64,000 nucleotides of DNA, from positions 27,021 through 91,020 of the forward strand of contig JACOXB010000010.1 of the NCBI GenBank assembly GCA_016176505.1. Reading direction: 5' to 3'. Origin of the DNA: Candidatus Colwellbacteria bacterium. GTDB taxonomy: Bacteria; Patescibacteriota; Minisyncoccia; UBA6257; Colwellbacteraceae. Below are positions 1 through 10,208 of this stretch, piece by piece. A program made the position numbers and the translations under genes. Under the pieces are notes generated by a model. It had not been told where the DNA came from. It did not search any database and saw only the letters and a list, made by a program, of their open reading frames with translations. How positions within the stretch are numbered: the stretch's first letter is position 1; the number at the start of each line of letters is the position of its first letter.

Positions 1-857
1 AAGTTAAAAGCAGGTGAGGATTTCTACTTATCCCATTGTCCGGAGCGAATCAATCCTGGGAATGAAGTTAAAGAGCTTCAGCATCTTTACAAAATCCCAA
101 GAGTTGTTGGCGGCTTAGAGAAAAAGAGCTTAAGGAAAACGGTTGCTTTTTACCGCTCAATTATTAACGCCTCGATTAAGCCAATGGGCTCGCTTCAGGA
201 AGCGGAGTCGGTAAAGATGGTTGAAAATATTTTCCGCGATATAAACATCGCCTTAGTTAACGAACTGGCTATGTCTTTCGATAAACTGGGGATCGATGTA
301 GTGAACGTCATTAACGGCGCGGCCACGAAACCCTTTTCTTTTATGCCCCACTACCCAGGCGTTGGCGTAGGCGGTCATTGTATCCCGGTTGATCCTTATT
401 ATTTGATTGATTATGCCAAAACTAACGGCTTCCACCACCGATTTCTGGAACTAGGACGGGAAATTAACAGTTCCATGCCGAAATTTACGGTGGAGCTTCT
501 TAAAAGCGCGCTCGGAGAAGCTCACCTTGATATTGATGGCGCCAAAATCGCCGTACGGATGTTGACGATGATCGCGAGAGTCCGGCCTTTGATGTAATTC
601 ACGAAATTAAAAAAGAAGGCGGCGAGCCGATTGTTTTTGACCCCTATCTTAAGGAGAAATCTGATGCCGAGAGCCTTAATCAGGCCCTCGAAAAGGCAGA
701 AGCGGTGGTAGTGACCACGGCCCATAAGCCCTTCCGCAGACTTTCACCTAAAACCCTGGCTGAAAAAGGCATTAAGGTCGTTATTGATGGCCGGAATGCC
801 CTTCCTAAAGAACGGTTTCTCGAGGCCGGCTTAGTTTACCGAGGTATTGGGAGATGA
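1..857 (+). CDS. UDP-hexose/UDP-HexNAc dehydrogenase (WecC/TviB/Ugd family), 5'-truncated by window, frameshifted near 555
   Basis: Frame +1 from base 1 reads ...HCPERINPG...ENIFRDINIALVNE...GVGGHCIPVDP. After GAKIAV the C-terminal domain (DVDDDRESPA...IDGRN...YRGIGR*) continues in another frame to TGA at 855-857; the expected LGLAYK segment is missing. Confidence 0.85.
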
Positions 858-2149
858 AACAGCTAACCGCAAAAATAAAAACTTTTCACAAAGAAAGAGG
901 CTTGAGCACCTGGATGATTTTCTATCTCCTGGTTTATTTAGTGCTTGTTATTAAATTTGTTACTTTCCAGGAGCTTGATAATAACTTCCTCTTCGGCGTT
1001 TACAGTATTGCTGTTTCCGTCTTTATTCTTTCGCGTTTCGCGCTGGCCTATCTTTACGACCCCAAAGGGATTCTGACCGACGAGAACTACGAGCCAACCG
1101 TTTCTTTTGGTATTCCGGTGAAGAATGAGGAAGACAACGTTAGAGAAACAATCCTTCGGATTGCCCAATCTGATTATCCAAGAGATAAGTTTGACATCAT
1201 CGCGGTTAACGACGGCTCAACTGATAACTCGCTTGAAGAAATGAGAGCGGCCAAAGCGATCGCCTCCGGGTACGGAGTTAAGGTGAAAATTATTAATTGG
1301 AAAGTTAATCGAGGCAAACGTGAGGGTATGGCTGAGGCGGTTCGGCAATCAACAAGCGATATTATTGTCTTTGTTGACTCAGACAGTTTTGTTGAACGAG
1401 ATGCGGCCAGAGCTTTTGTGAAATACTTCAGCGATCCTCGAGTAGCGGCTGTAGCTGGTCATGCTTATGTGGCCAATGCCGATGTGAACACCTTAACCAA
1501 AATGCAGGCGGTTCGTTATTATGTGGCTTTTAAGGCTTACAAAGCGGCCGAGGCTCTTTTCGGATCAGTTACCTGCTGTTCTGGCTGTTCTTCGGCCTAC
1601 CGCCGAGAGTATGTCCTCCAAGTACTCGAACCCTGGCTTTATCAGAAATTCATGGGCGTCCGCTGTACTTATGGCGATGACCGCAGCTTAACTAATTTCC
1701 TTTTGAAAAAAGGTTATAAAACTATATTCGCGCCTGAGGCGATTGCCCACACCATTGTTCCTGAAACGATGAAGCAGTTTTTGCGCCAGCAACTCCGCTG
1801 GAAAAAGTCCTGGGTCAGAGAAAGCTTGAAAGCCGGAGGTTTTATGTGGAAGCGGAATCCCTTAATGGCCCTGTCGTTCTATCTCGGTATTTTCCTCACT
1901 CTAATGGCGCCGGTAGTGGTTGCTCGAGCCATGATCTGGTATCCCTACGCCACCGGCCGATTTCCTTTTTACTACATCATCGGAATTTTCCTGATGGCTT
2001 TGATTTACGGACTTTATTACTTTCTCCACACTAAAGACCGAAACTGGGTTTATGGCATTATCTTTACTACTTTCTACACCTTAATCCTGATGTGGCAGCT
2101 GCCTTACGCCATTGCCACGATTAGAGATCCAAAATGGGGCACACGATAG
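854..2149 (+). CDS. GT2 processive glycosyltransferase (hyaluronan synthase/NodC/PgaC-like)
   Basis: DGSTD, DSD, GDDRSLT and QQLRW motifs; N- and C-terminal TM helices. Confidence 0.9.
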   Translation: MKQLTAKIKTFHKERGLSTWMIFYLLVYLVLVIKFVTFQELDNNFLFGVYSIAVSVFILSRFALAYLYDPKGILTDENYEPTVSFGIPVKNEEDNVRETILRIAQSDYPRDKFDIIAVNDGSTDNSLEEMRAAKAIASGYGVKVKIINWKVNRGKREGMAEAVRQSTSDIIVFVDSDSFVERDAARAFVKYFSDPRVAAVAGHAYVANADVNTLTKMQAVRYYVAFKAYKAAEALFGSVTCCSGCSSAYRREYVLQVLEPWLYQKFMGVRCTYGDDRSLTNFLLKKGYKTIFAPEAIAHTIVPETMKQFLRQQLRWKKSWVRESLKAGGFMWKRNPLMALSFYLGIFLTLMAPVVVARAMIWYPYATGRFPFYYIIGIFLMALIYGLYYFLHTKDRNWVYGIIFTTFYTLILMWQLPYAIATIRDPKWGTR

Positions 2150-3738
2150 ATAAAAATAAATTAGGCGTTTTCCTTCTAGTCGCTTTGGTTCTCGGCGCTG
2201 GTATTTATGTCTTTTCCCTGAAACAAGATTTTATTGAAGCCTTCGAGCTCTACCAAGTTAAGGCCTATACTACCGGCTTTGAATACGGCGTGCTCCGAAC
2301 CAGCGATCTTCTGGCGTCTATCGTGAGCTTAGGCAGGGAAAGGGCCTTGGCCGAAACTAACGCGAACACCGAGGCGGTGCCGGTCCTGCTCTACCACGGC
2401 ATTCCCAATAAAGCTAGGGGTGACTATGATGTAGCCCTTGACGAATTTAAACAGCAAATGATTGCCTTAAAACTTGATGGCTGGCAAACCATTACGCTCG
2501 ATGAGCTCTACCGATTTAAGAAAGGAGAAATTGCTCTGCCGGAGAAATCATTCTTAATTACTTTTGACGATGGCCGCAAAGATAGTTATTACGCTGCTGA
2601 CCCGGTTTTGCGTTCTCTTGGCTACAACGCGGTTATGTTTGTCGCCACTATTGAACCAAACGTCCTTGAAGAAAGTAATTATTATCTTGAGGCGGACGAG
2701 CTCGAAAGGATGGCCAAAACCGGACGCTGGGAAATACAATCGCACGGCCATTCTGCTTCTAGGCCAACCGTTATAGATTCGAACGGCACAACCGAGCATT
2801 TCTTATCAAACCGCGTTTGGCTCCGAGAAGAAAATCGACTTGAAACCGAAACCGAGGCCGAAGCCAGAATTAAAAACGATCTTAATCAGTCAGAAGACTA
2901 TCTCGAGAAGCTTACTGGTAAAGACGTAATTGCTTTTGCCTTTCCTTTTGGCGATTTTGGCTATGCTGGAGCAAATTTCGAAGAGGCTGAAAGCATTGTT
3001 CTAGCGGCCGCGAACGAAATCTATCCCCTCTCCTTTTATCAAGCTGACGTCTCACTTCGCGGCAGGCGTTTCACGGCTGAATATCCCGAACCGGGCGGGA
3101 ATTCATTTTTTATCGCCCGGATTGAGCTCCATCCTGGTTTAAGGGGCGAAGAATTAGTGCGGCTAATGAACGGTGTTTCGGCAAGGACTCTGCCATACGA
3201 AGACAGCTTTGATGAAGATAATGATAACTGGATTATCACCTGGGGCGATGTCGCTTATGCCGGGGGCAATCTTGAGATGAAAGCCACGGCCGAAACCACC
3301 GGCAGTATGACTATCCTTGATGGCTCAAAAACTTGGCAAAATTATTCTTTCAAAGCCAAAATCCGAGATTTTCGCGGCAGTAATCTTTACTTAATTTTCC
3401 GGTTTCAGGATGATAATAACTTTGCCGCTTGTAATTTTGGCCGCGACCGAGTTCATGTTGAAGAAACGATTAACGGTCGAAGAGAAGTTATTCGAGGCGC
3501 GAACCAGATCCTGCTTTACCCGGCAAGCGGTTTCGACGTTGAAGTCAGAGTTAGTAATCGCGGCATTGAATGCCTTTATAACGGCCAAGTGGTGGCCGGC
3601 AGCCAGTTTCTTGATTTAGCTCTAAGCAATGGTGGTATTGGCTTAAAGGGCTGGGACCAAACTCTGGGCGAGAGCAGGATCTTAATCGAAAGTATTATAG
3701 TCGAACCCTACGAAAGAGTGGGAACGGTCCAATGGTAA
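2134..3738 (+). CDS. Polysaccharide deacetylase (IcaB/PgaB-like) with C-terminal beta-sandwich domain
   Basis: VPVLLYH, ITFDDG, QSHGH, FAFPFG motifs; N-terminal membrane anchor. Confidence 0.85.
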   Translation: MGHTIDKNKLGVFLLVALVLGAGIYVFSLKQDFIEAFELYQVKAYTTGFEYGVLRTSDLLASIVSLGRERALAETNANTEAVPVLLYHGIPNKARGDYDVALDEFKQQMIALKLDGWQTITLDELYRFKKGEIALPEKSFLITFDDGRKDSYYAADPVLRSLGYNAVMFVATIEPNVLEESNYYLEADELERMAKTGRWEIQSHGHSASRPTVIDSNGTTEHFLSNRVWLREENRLETETEAEARIKNDLNQSEDYLEKLTGKDVIAFAFPFGDFGYAGANFEEAESIVLAAANEIYPLSFYQADVSLRGRRFTAEYPEPGGNSFFIARIELHPGLRGEELVRLMNGVSARTLPYEDSFDEDNDNWIITWGDVAYAGGNLEMKATAETTGSMTILDGSKTWQNYSFKAKIRDFRGSNLYLIFRFQDDNNFAACNFGRDRVHVEETINGRREVIRGANQILLYPASGFDVEVRVSNRGIECLYNGQVVAGSQFLDLALSNGGIGLKGWDQTLGESRILIESIIVEPYERVGTVQW

Positions 3739-4574
3739 ACACTTTGATCTCGGGCATTATTTCTATTTTTATAGGGGTTCTGGTAAACCCCTTTCTTTTT
3801 ATACCGAGGAGTGATCTGGGGGCCAATCTTTACGTTTACCCTGGAAAAGAAAGCGAATCCAAATTACTCGAAGAGACTGGCAATCAAGCCATGAGTCAAA
3901 ATTCTGACTGGTGGCTTAACTCAGGCGGCCTGATTTTTTGGAATGGAGAATCGGGTCGAACTATCCAGGGGGCTTTATCCATTTTTGATAAGTGGCGTCA
4001 GATCTATCAACGGACCAATTCCCTGGATACTGATAATGGCGAACATCCTCAAAATATTTTTCGCTTAGTCAGTCGAAATGAGTTACAAAGCCTTGAACAA
4101 GAAGTTTATTTTAAAATTAACCGAATTAATCTAAGCCAGAGCCCAAACCGCAACCAATCGAATGGCGTTCTCTTTTTCAATCGCTATCTTGATGGCGACA
4201 ATCTTTACTACGTCGGCTTAAGAGTCGACGGCCAAGCCGTAATTAAAAAGAAAATCAACGGGATTTACTATACAATGGCCATTACACCGGTTTATAAAGA
4301 CGGTTTCGGATATAATCGGGACTCTAATCCGAATCTTTTACCAGAAAATCAATGGATTGGCATCAGAAGCCGAATCTTGAATGATGAAAGTGGAAAAGTT
4401 AATATCGAACTTTTTATTGATAAAGAAGGGAACGGGAATTGGGTTTCGATTCTAAAAGCCGAAGATAATGGTAAATATTATGGCGGCAAGGCAATTAAAA
4501 ATGCCGGTCGCTACGGCATTCGGACTGATTTTATGGATGTGGAGTTTGAGGGCTACAAAGTAGCCAGTATATAG
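3732..4574 (+). CDS. Exported hypothetical protein, probable ConA/lectin-like beta-sandwich
   Basis: N-terminal hydrophobic helix; beta-rich; ends GIRTDFMDVEF; overlaps upstream stop. Confidence 0.65.
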   Translation: MVNTLISGIISIFIGVLVNPFLFIPRSDLGANLYVYPGKESESKLLEETGNQAMSQNSDWWLNSGGLIFWNGESGRTIQGALSIFDKWRQIYQRTNSLDTDNGEHPQNIFRLVSRNELQSLEQEVYFKINRINLSQSPNRNQSNGVLFFNRYLDGDNLYYVGLRVDGQAVIKKKINGIYYTMAITPVYKDGFGYNRDSNPNLLPENQWIGIRSRILNDESGKVNIELFIDKEGNGNWVSILKAEDNGKYYGGKAIKNAGRYGIRTDFMDVEFEGYKVASI

Positions 4575-4612
4575 TATTCAGTATCTCGTATTAAGTATTC
4601 GGAAATAAAAAA

Positions 4613-4741
4613 ATGTCCCGCTGCTTCACGAATTCCCGGCTTCTCAATAAGGTGGGTGACCGCAGTTCTAGCCCACGGGCTAAAATCAATTAGGTCTCCC
4701 CTAAACCACTACTTTGATCCGGAATCGTGGAGGCGGGACAT
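4613..4741 (-). ncRNA. Putative 6S-like structured RNA
   Basis: Ends pair (GTCCCGC/GCGGGAC, CACGA/TCGTG, TTCC/GGAA); internal GGTCACCCACCT; extended -10 TGtTATAAT at 4746-4754 just upstream; T-run at 3' end. Confidence 0.5.
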
Positions 4742-4901
4742 ACTTATTATAACAAAATTCACTGGAAATGTTGTGGATAAACTGCGAGTTTAGGGACAAA
4801 TGGTCAAGAGACTCTGGGGAGGCGGTTTTGGCGGGTTGACATCGGAGGGCATTACTGGCGAGAGAACGAGAATTCGTTCTCCCGCCAGCCTTTGCCGATC
4901 C

Positions 4902-5156
4902 CTAGAGCTGTACCACTCCGCGCTTGTCGAACGCGTACTGCTTGTCGTCGCAGATCACGAAGCTCCAGAGATGATGATCGATGGGCCAGAAGCCCTTGAC
5001 CACGCGCCTGCCGTTCTTGCCGGGTTCAGACTGGAGGTAGACATCCCCGACCCTGCTTTTCCGGCCAGTTCTGATCGTCGTCCATGGGTCGGTCTTGCGC
5101 AGCCGAACCTGGACTTGGGTTCCTTTTTTCTGAAGCTTACCTGCCAAAAGTTCCAC
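4902..5156 (-). CDS. Hypothetical protein (GC-rich cassette)
   Basis: 84-aa ORF with purine-rich SD-like sequence upstream and a hairpin downstream (4856-4889). Confidence 0.55.
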   Translation of the reverse strand: MELLAGKLQKKGTQVQVRLRKTDPWTTIRTGRKSRVGDVYLQSEPGKNGRRVVKGFWPIDHHLWSFVICDDKQYAFDKRGVVQL

Positions 5157-5284
5157 CTCCCCCTCGTCTATCGGTCTCTAAACGTACTAACTGGAGCCCC
5201 GTAGAATCGAACCACCCCCTTTCCTTACCTCGCAGGCTCCCCTCCGAGTCCCTCCGTGCCCAGAGGGCAACCTGCCAGAAATAA

Positions 5285-5316
5285 AACCGGCCTTCTTTGC
5301 TGAAGGCCGGTTCTTT
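5285..5316. terminator. Intrinsic terminator-like hairpin
   Basis: AACCGGCCTTC-tttgct-GAAGGCCGGTT flanked by A/T runs. Confidence 0.6.
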
Positions 5317-5504
5317 GTCTATTTTGGTTATTTCTTATCCTCTAATTCGACAAAAACCAGCCTTCTCTCCGAGAAGAATAAAAAGGATAAAGTAGACAAC
5401 CCCACCCAGGCTGATTTTTCTCGAATCCCTTTCCATAATAAAACTCATCTTAAGGAAATTACTCGTATCCGTCAATTAGAAACTGTGGAAAAGTAAAATT
5501 CTTG

Positions 5505-6089
5505 CTATTCGTCCACACCATAGCGTTTATAAGAATAAATCGGCTGATCGCCAAACCAATACTTAATTTCGTGCTCTGCTTCGGCCGCGGTTTCCGAAGC
5601 GTGCAGAATATTAGCGACCGCCCTTTGCTCAGCGTTCGCGACTGCTGGCGAATCAGCTGAGAAATCTCCCCGAATCGTTCCCATGTCAGCCAGATAAGGA
5701 ATGGTCGGACCAGCGATTTTCCGAACCATATCAACGGCGTGGACTCCTTGAACCACTATCCGAACTAAAGGAGCCGAAGTCATATAGTTTATAAGCCAAC
5801 CCCGGATCATTTCTCCGAGTTCGAGCGGTTCTTTCGTGCCCACAGACTCGATCGGATCAATGCCATACTTTTCATAAGTTACGAGGGTTTTGTGGCCCAA
5901 GCGCTCCTTCCAAGCTTTATCTTTAGGATAATGGCCATCAATTAATTCTTTAGTCGGCTCAAACATCTCCAGGGCAACAATCTTTAAATCGCGCTGTTCG
6001 AATCTCTTAATTACTTCTCCGATTAATCCCTTTTGGACTCCGTCGGGCTTAATAATAACTAAGGTTTTTTCTTCTTTAATCTCTTTCAC
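5505..6089 (-). CDS. ndk: Nucleoside diphosphate kinase
   Basis: TLVIIKPDGV, GTIRGDF, NILHASE (catalytic His). Confidence 0.95.
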   Translation of the reverse strand: MKEIKEEKTLVIIKPDGVQKGLIGEVIKRFEQRDLKIVALEMFEPTKELIDGHYPKDKAWKERLGHKTLVTYEKYGIDPIESVGTKEPLELGEMIRGWLINYMTSAPLVRIVVQGVHAVDMVRKIAGPTIPYLADMGTIRGDFSADSPAVANAEQRAVANILHASETAAEAEHEIKYWFGDQPIYSYKRYGVDE

Positions 6090-7480
6090 TTTTTCTTTTT
6101 GATTTCTATTCCTAATTCTTTTAATTGTTTTTCCTCGATCTCTGATGGCGCGCCAGTCATCAAATCCCGTCCGTCACCAGTTTTAGGAAAAGCCATTACC
6201 TCCCGCAGATTCGGTTCATTTAAGAGCGGGATAAGCATTCTGTCAAAGCCAATTGCAATCCCGCCGTGAGGCGGCACGCCGTAGCTAAAAGCCTCGAGCA
6301 TATGTTCAAATCGGCTTCTCCCTTCTTCTTTAGGAATGCCCACCAGCTCAAAGACCTTGGCCTGCACTTCAGGATCAGTAATCCGGATACTGCCGCCGGC
6401 AATCTCATAACCGTTTAAAACTAAATCGTGCTGCCAAGAGCGAACCTTAGCCGGATCTGAATCCAAAAGCGGAATATCGCTCGCTCGTGGCGCCGTAAAA
6501 ATGTGGTGATGAGGGTCCCAGCGTTTTTCCTCTTCGTTCCACTCAAACATGGGCCAACCAACAATAAAACAAAAAGCGAGTTCATTAGGATCTTCTTTAT
6601 TCTCACGTAAATCAGGTTTGTCAGCTTTGTACTTCGCCATTGCCTCATCGTAAGAAATCCTCGGAAATGGAACTTGGGTAATTCTCTTTTCCGGAAATAG
6701 TTTTCCTACCAGTTCAATAAACATTTCTTCAATCAAGGAGAGAATCTCCTCTTGGCTCATAAAAGAAACCTCGATATCAATTTGGGTGGCCTCGCCATAA
6801 GCCCGATCAGCCCGCGGATCCTCATCCCGGAACACCCGAGCCAACTGAAAGTAGCGTTCAAGCCCAGCCACCATTAGCATCTGTTTAAACTGCTGGGGTG
6901 ATTGGGGCAGAACATAAAATTTACCTGGATGAAGTCGAGCTGGCATCACAAACTCCCGGGCTCCTTCAGGCGTACCCTTGGTGATATAAGGGGTTTCGAT
7001 TTCAGTAAACCCCCAGTCACTCAAAAATTTTCGGACAAACTGAGCCGCTTGGTGACGAATGACTAAATTCCGCTTTAATCTTTGTCTTCTCAAATCAAGA
7101 TAACGATATTTAAGGCGGAGCTCCTCGTTTATTTCGTAGCCGTCGGTATCAAGCGGGAACGGTGGCGTCTCGGCTTTAGCGAGAACCTCGAGCTCGCTCA
7201 CACCAACTTCAAGATTGCCAGTCTCGAGATTCGGGTTTTTCATCTCTTCCGGCCGCTCGACTACTTTGCCCTTAATCTGAATTACCCATTCCGGACGCAG
7301 CTCATCAGCTTTTTTTCGAAGATTCTCGTCTTCACCCCGAAAAACCAGTTGAGCTAATCCTTCTTTGTCTCTCAAATCAATGAAAATTAATTTGCCGTGG
7401 TCGCGTCGGCTATCCACCCAGCCAGCCAGTTCCACCTCCTCGCCGACTTTCCCAAGAATCTCTATCGAATAAATCCGCAT
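6086..7480 (-). CDS. aspS: Aspartate--tRNA ligase (short form lacking GAD domain)
   Basis: RRDHGKLIFIDLRD, RLKYRYLDLRR, LPQSPQQFKQ, PPHGGIAIGFDR. Confidence 0.95.
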   Translation of the reverse strand: MRIYSIEILGKVGEEVELAGWVDSRRDHGKLIFIDLRDKEGLAQLVFRGEDENLRKKADELRPEWVIQIKGKVVERPEEMKNPNLETGNLEVGVSELEVLAKAETPPFPLDTDGYEINEELRLKYRYLDLRRQRLKRNLVIRHQAAQFVRKFLSDWGFTEIETPYITKGTPEGAREFVMPARLHPGKFYVLPQSPQQFKQMLMVAGLERYFQLARVFRDEDPRADRAYGEATQIDIEVSFMSQEEILSLIEEMFIELVGKLFPEKRITQVPFPRISYDEAMAKYKADKPDLRENKEDPNELAFCFIVGWPMFEWNEEEKRWDPHHHIFTAPRASDIPLLDSDPAKVRSWQHDLVLNGYEIAGGSIRITDPEVQAKVFELVGIPKEEGRSRFEHMLEAFSYGVPPHGGIAIGFDRMLIPLLNEPNLREVMAFPKTGDGRDLMTGAPSEIEEKQLKELGIEIKKKK

Positions 7481-7496
7481 TAATCAAAGTATAACC

Positions 7497-8336
7497 CTAC
7501 TCTCGACCCACTCCAACTATACCATCGTTAATAATCAGATGAACTGTTCCGTTTTCATCGGTCCGATAAACCCGGCTGCCGACTGAAGCTAAACGGCTCA
7601 AAACAGCTGAAGTTGGATGACCGTAGGGATTATTCTCCCCTACTTCGATTACGCCAATTTTAGGCGTTGTTTCAGCTAAAAATTTCAGCCCAGTGGCTGT
7701 TCGCGAGCCATGATGGCCAACTTTTAAAATATCAGCGTCAAGGTCATAATGCTCGGTTAAATAATTCTCAACCTCAAAACCAGCATCGCCGGTAAAAAGA
7801 ATTTGGGCACCTTCAGCCTCAAGCTCAAGTACTAACGAACTATTATTTAATTCGCTTGAGTTTCGAAGCTGGTTTGTCGGAGAAAGAACGCTGATTAAGT
7901 TTTCCCCGTACCTGATTTTATCTTTAGCCCCAAGGGTAATAACCGGGATTTCTTTGCTCTTCACTAAATTCCAAAAATCCTGCCATTCTTTACCTTGACC
8001 TTCTCGACCGTTCCAAATAATCGCTCCGATTCTATAACGTTCAGCCACATCATAGAGCCCACCATAATGATCAAGCTGAGGGTGAGTAAGAATCACCAAA
8101 TCAATATAACGATCAGTTGGCCGAAGTACTCGCGCCAATTCGAAAAGCACTTCTTTGCCTGGCCCGCCATCAATTAAAACTTTTGCGCCTCCGGGTAAAA
8201 CTAAAAGCTCGCTGTCTCCTTGGCCAACATCGAGAAAATAAAGGTCGAGTTTCTCATCTCTCGCGGCTGCAACGTAATACCAAACAAAAAGATTAAAGCC
8301 AATTAAGACTAAAAAGCTTAATGACAAATATTTCAT
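7497..8336 (-). CDS. ComEC C-terminal metallo-beta-lactamase-fold protein
   Basis: DVGQGDS, THPQLDH, KVGHHGS, NPYGHP. Confidence 0.9.
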   Translation of the reverse strand: MKYLSLSFLVLIGFNLFVWYYVAAARDEKLDLYFLDVGQGDSELLVLPGGAKVLIDGGPGKEVLFELARVLRPTDRYIDLVILTHPQLDHYGGLYDVAERYRIGAIIWNGREGQGKEWQDFWNLVKSKEIPVITLGAKDKIRYGENLISVLSPTNQLRNSSELNNSSLVLELEAEGAQILFTGDAGFEVENYLTEHYDLDADILKVGHHGSRTATGLKFLAETTPKIGVIEVGENNPYGHPTSAVLSRLASVGSRVYRTDENGTVHLIINDGIVGVGRE

Positions 8337-9582
8337 AGCTCAAGAATAAGCCGACAATCCAGCTACTTATTAAAGATAGACTATTTGAAACAAGGCCCAA
8401 AGCCGCCGTGATAAAACCGAAAAACATGGTGAGTGGAATCGCCTCAAGCACGAGGATATTAGATAAAAGTGCGGTTGGTGAAATATAACCGAAACTAGTA
8501 AGCAGAATCGGCGAAACCGCCAGTTGAGCTGAAAAAGTTTGGAGAAAAGTAGTTCGCCAATTTAACCAGCCGTTCTTCCCGAAAAACCGAATCCAGTTTT
8601 TGAATCTCGGATAAAGATAAACAATGCCGATGGTGGCGGCAAAGGATAGCTGGAATCCAAGGTCAAATCTCAAAAGGCTTGGATTTAATAAAAGCATTAG
8701 AAGAGCCGTCAGGGTGATAGCATTTCGGAAACTATAAATCCGGCTTTGGTTTTGAGCCAAAAGTAATATTAAGCCCATAATACCGGCCCGGACTGCTGAA
8801 CTTTGAGCGCCGGTCATTAAAACAAAAGTGGGAATGGTGAAAATACTAAGGTAAAAAGCTTTGCGCCTGCCGATAAGACCGGCGAGCACTCCGGCTAAAG
8901 TCGTGCCGATAATCGCGATGTTATAACCAGAAAGAGCCACAATGTGAGTCGTGCCGCTTTTCCGCAGAGCCTCATCAAATTCTTTAGTAAACTCACTTCG
9001 TTCGCCAAAGAGAAGCCCAGAGAGAAGTGAGGCTTTCTCTTGAGGCAGGACCGAGTTGATATTGGAAACCATTTTTTCTTTCAGTCCAAAAAGGGAGGAT
9101 TTGATAAGGTTCCCCTGGTTTTGGCCAATGACCCTCACTCCGGGTTCGAAAACGAGATTAAGTGAACCGCTTGGTGATTTTTCGATTTTACTATTGACCT
9201 CGAGCACTTCGCCGTAGCCGAATTTCGGCAAAGGCGGAAGATACAACCGGACCTCGCCCTGGTACGGCTCTCTAAGTTTCAAATCCACTTCCTGGCCAGT
9301 CAAAGTATCTTTCGGCTCTCGGAAAACCACGCCCGTGAAGGTCTGCCCATCACCTGACGGTAGAATCTCTTGATTAAGAACGTTATAAAAATGAAAATAG
9401 AAAAACCCGAGAAAACTTATTAAAGACAAGATAAAGATAAACTTCGACCTCAAGCTAAAACCGAACCAGGCCAGAAGAATCGCGAGAATTATCCCGAGCC
9501 AAAAACTAATCTCAAAACTGGCAAACCCAATCCCTAGAATGAAGAAGAGGGCCGAATAAAAAGCGAGATTATAGAGCGGCAT
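8293..9582 (-). CDS. comEC: ComEC/Rec2 competence channel (membrane part)
   Basis: GTTHIVALSGYN, SAVRA, GFQLSF; multi-TM. Confidence 0.9.
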   Translation of the reverse strand: MPLYNLAFYSALFFILGIGFASFEISFWLGIILAILLAWFGFSLRSKFIFILSLISFLGFFYFHFYNVLNQEILPSGDGQTFTGVVFREPKDTLTGQEVDLKLREPYQGEVRLYLPPLPKFGYGEVLEVNSKIEKSPSGSLNLVFEPGVRVIGQNQGNLIKSSLFGLKEKMVSNINSVLPQEKASLLSGLLFGERSEFTKEFDEALRKSGTTHIVALSGYNIAIIGTTLAGVLAGLIGRRKAFYLSIFTIPTFVLMTGAQSSAVRAGIMGLILLLAQNQSRIYSFRNAITLTALLMLLLNPSLLRFDLGFQLSFAATIGIVYLYPRFKNWIRFFGKNGWLNWRTTFLQTFSAQLAVSPILLTSFGYISPTALLSNILVLEAIPLTMFFGFITAALGLVSNSLSLISSWIVGLFLSYEIFVIKLFSLNWL

Positions 9583-9660
9583 TATATCAAAGTTAGAAGT
9601 TTAAAAATTAAAAATCAAAAAGTGGAAAGGCCCGACGTGGACCTTTCCGCGCCGGGCCGA

Positions 9661-9885
9661 CTAGCAGCCAGGGCCGCAGACGTAGTCGTGGAAGAAGCAA
9701 CCCTTGCCTGATCGGCAATCGGGGCATTCTTTTCGACGTTGTTGTGCGCGCGTCCGTGCTGCTTGCGCCAGCAACCGATCAAGCGCCTCTTCCCTCCTCT
9801 TCTCTTCCTCCTCTCTCCGCTTTCGGAGCTCTTGTTCGTGCCTAGAACGCGTGTACCCGATAGCGAACGGTGTCGGCTGAATCAT
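9661..9885 (-). CDS. Small hypothetical protein, coiled-coil plus Cys/His-rich C-terminus
   Basis: CPDCRSGKGCFFHDYVCGPGC; GC-rich; followed by hairpin and T-run. Confidence 0.55.
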   Translation of the reverse strand: MIQPTPFAIGYTRSRHEQELRKRREEEEKRREEALDRLLAQAARTRAQQRRKECPDCRSGKGCFFHDYVCGPGC

Positions 9886-9937
9886 CCCCCCACCGCTCCT
9901 TCGCCTTCTCGTACGCCGCTCCCATCATCTCTCCTTT

Positions 9938-10207
9938 CTAGCATCGATCGCTATGCTCGTAGCACCAAGCCGTACCTTCTCTCTTCGCTGCTGGGCAGCC
10001 ACAACCCTTGCTGTAATCAGCTAGAGATCTGATCGCCCTGGCCTCTAACTCTAGCTCACTGGCTTGGCGGTGAAGCCGCCACGCTTCTTGCTCCAACTCT
10101 CTGGCGCGTTGATCTACGCTCTTGGGTTTGGCTTGCGGAGCAGGAGGACCAGAGGCGGCGGTAGCCCACCGCTCTTCGGCGCGCTGACGAGCTGATTTGG
10201 TCTCCAT
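9938..10207 (-). CDS. Small hypothetical protein, coiled-coil plus Cys/His-rich C-terminus
   Basis: SD AAGGAG; CGCP...CYEHSDRC; coupled to upstream ORF. Confidence 0.6.
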   Translation of the reverse strand: METKSARQRAEERWATAASGPPAPQAKPKSVDQRARELEQEAWRLHRQASELELEARAIRSLADYSKGCGCPAAKREGTAWCYEHSDRC

Positions 10208-10208
10208 C

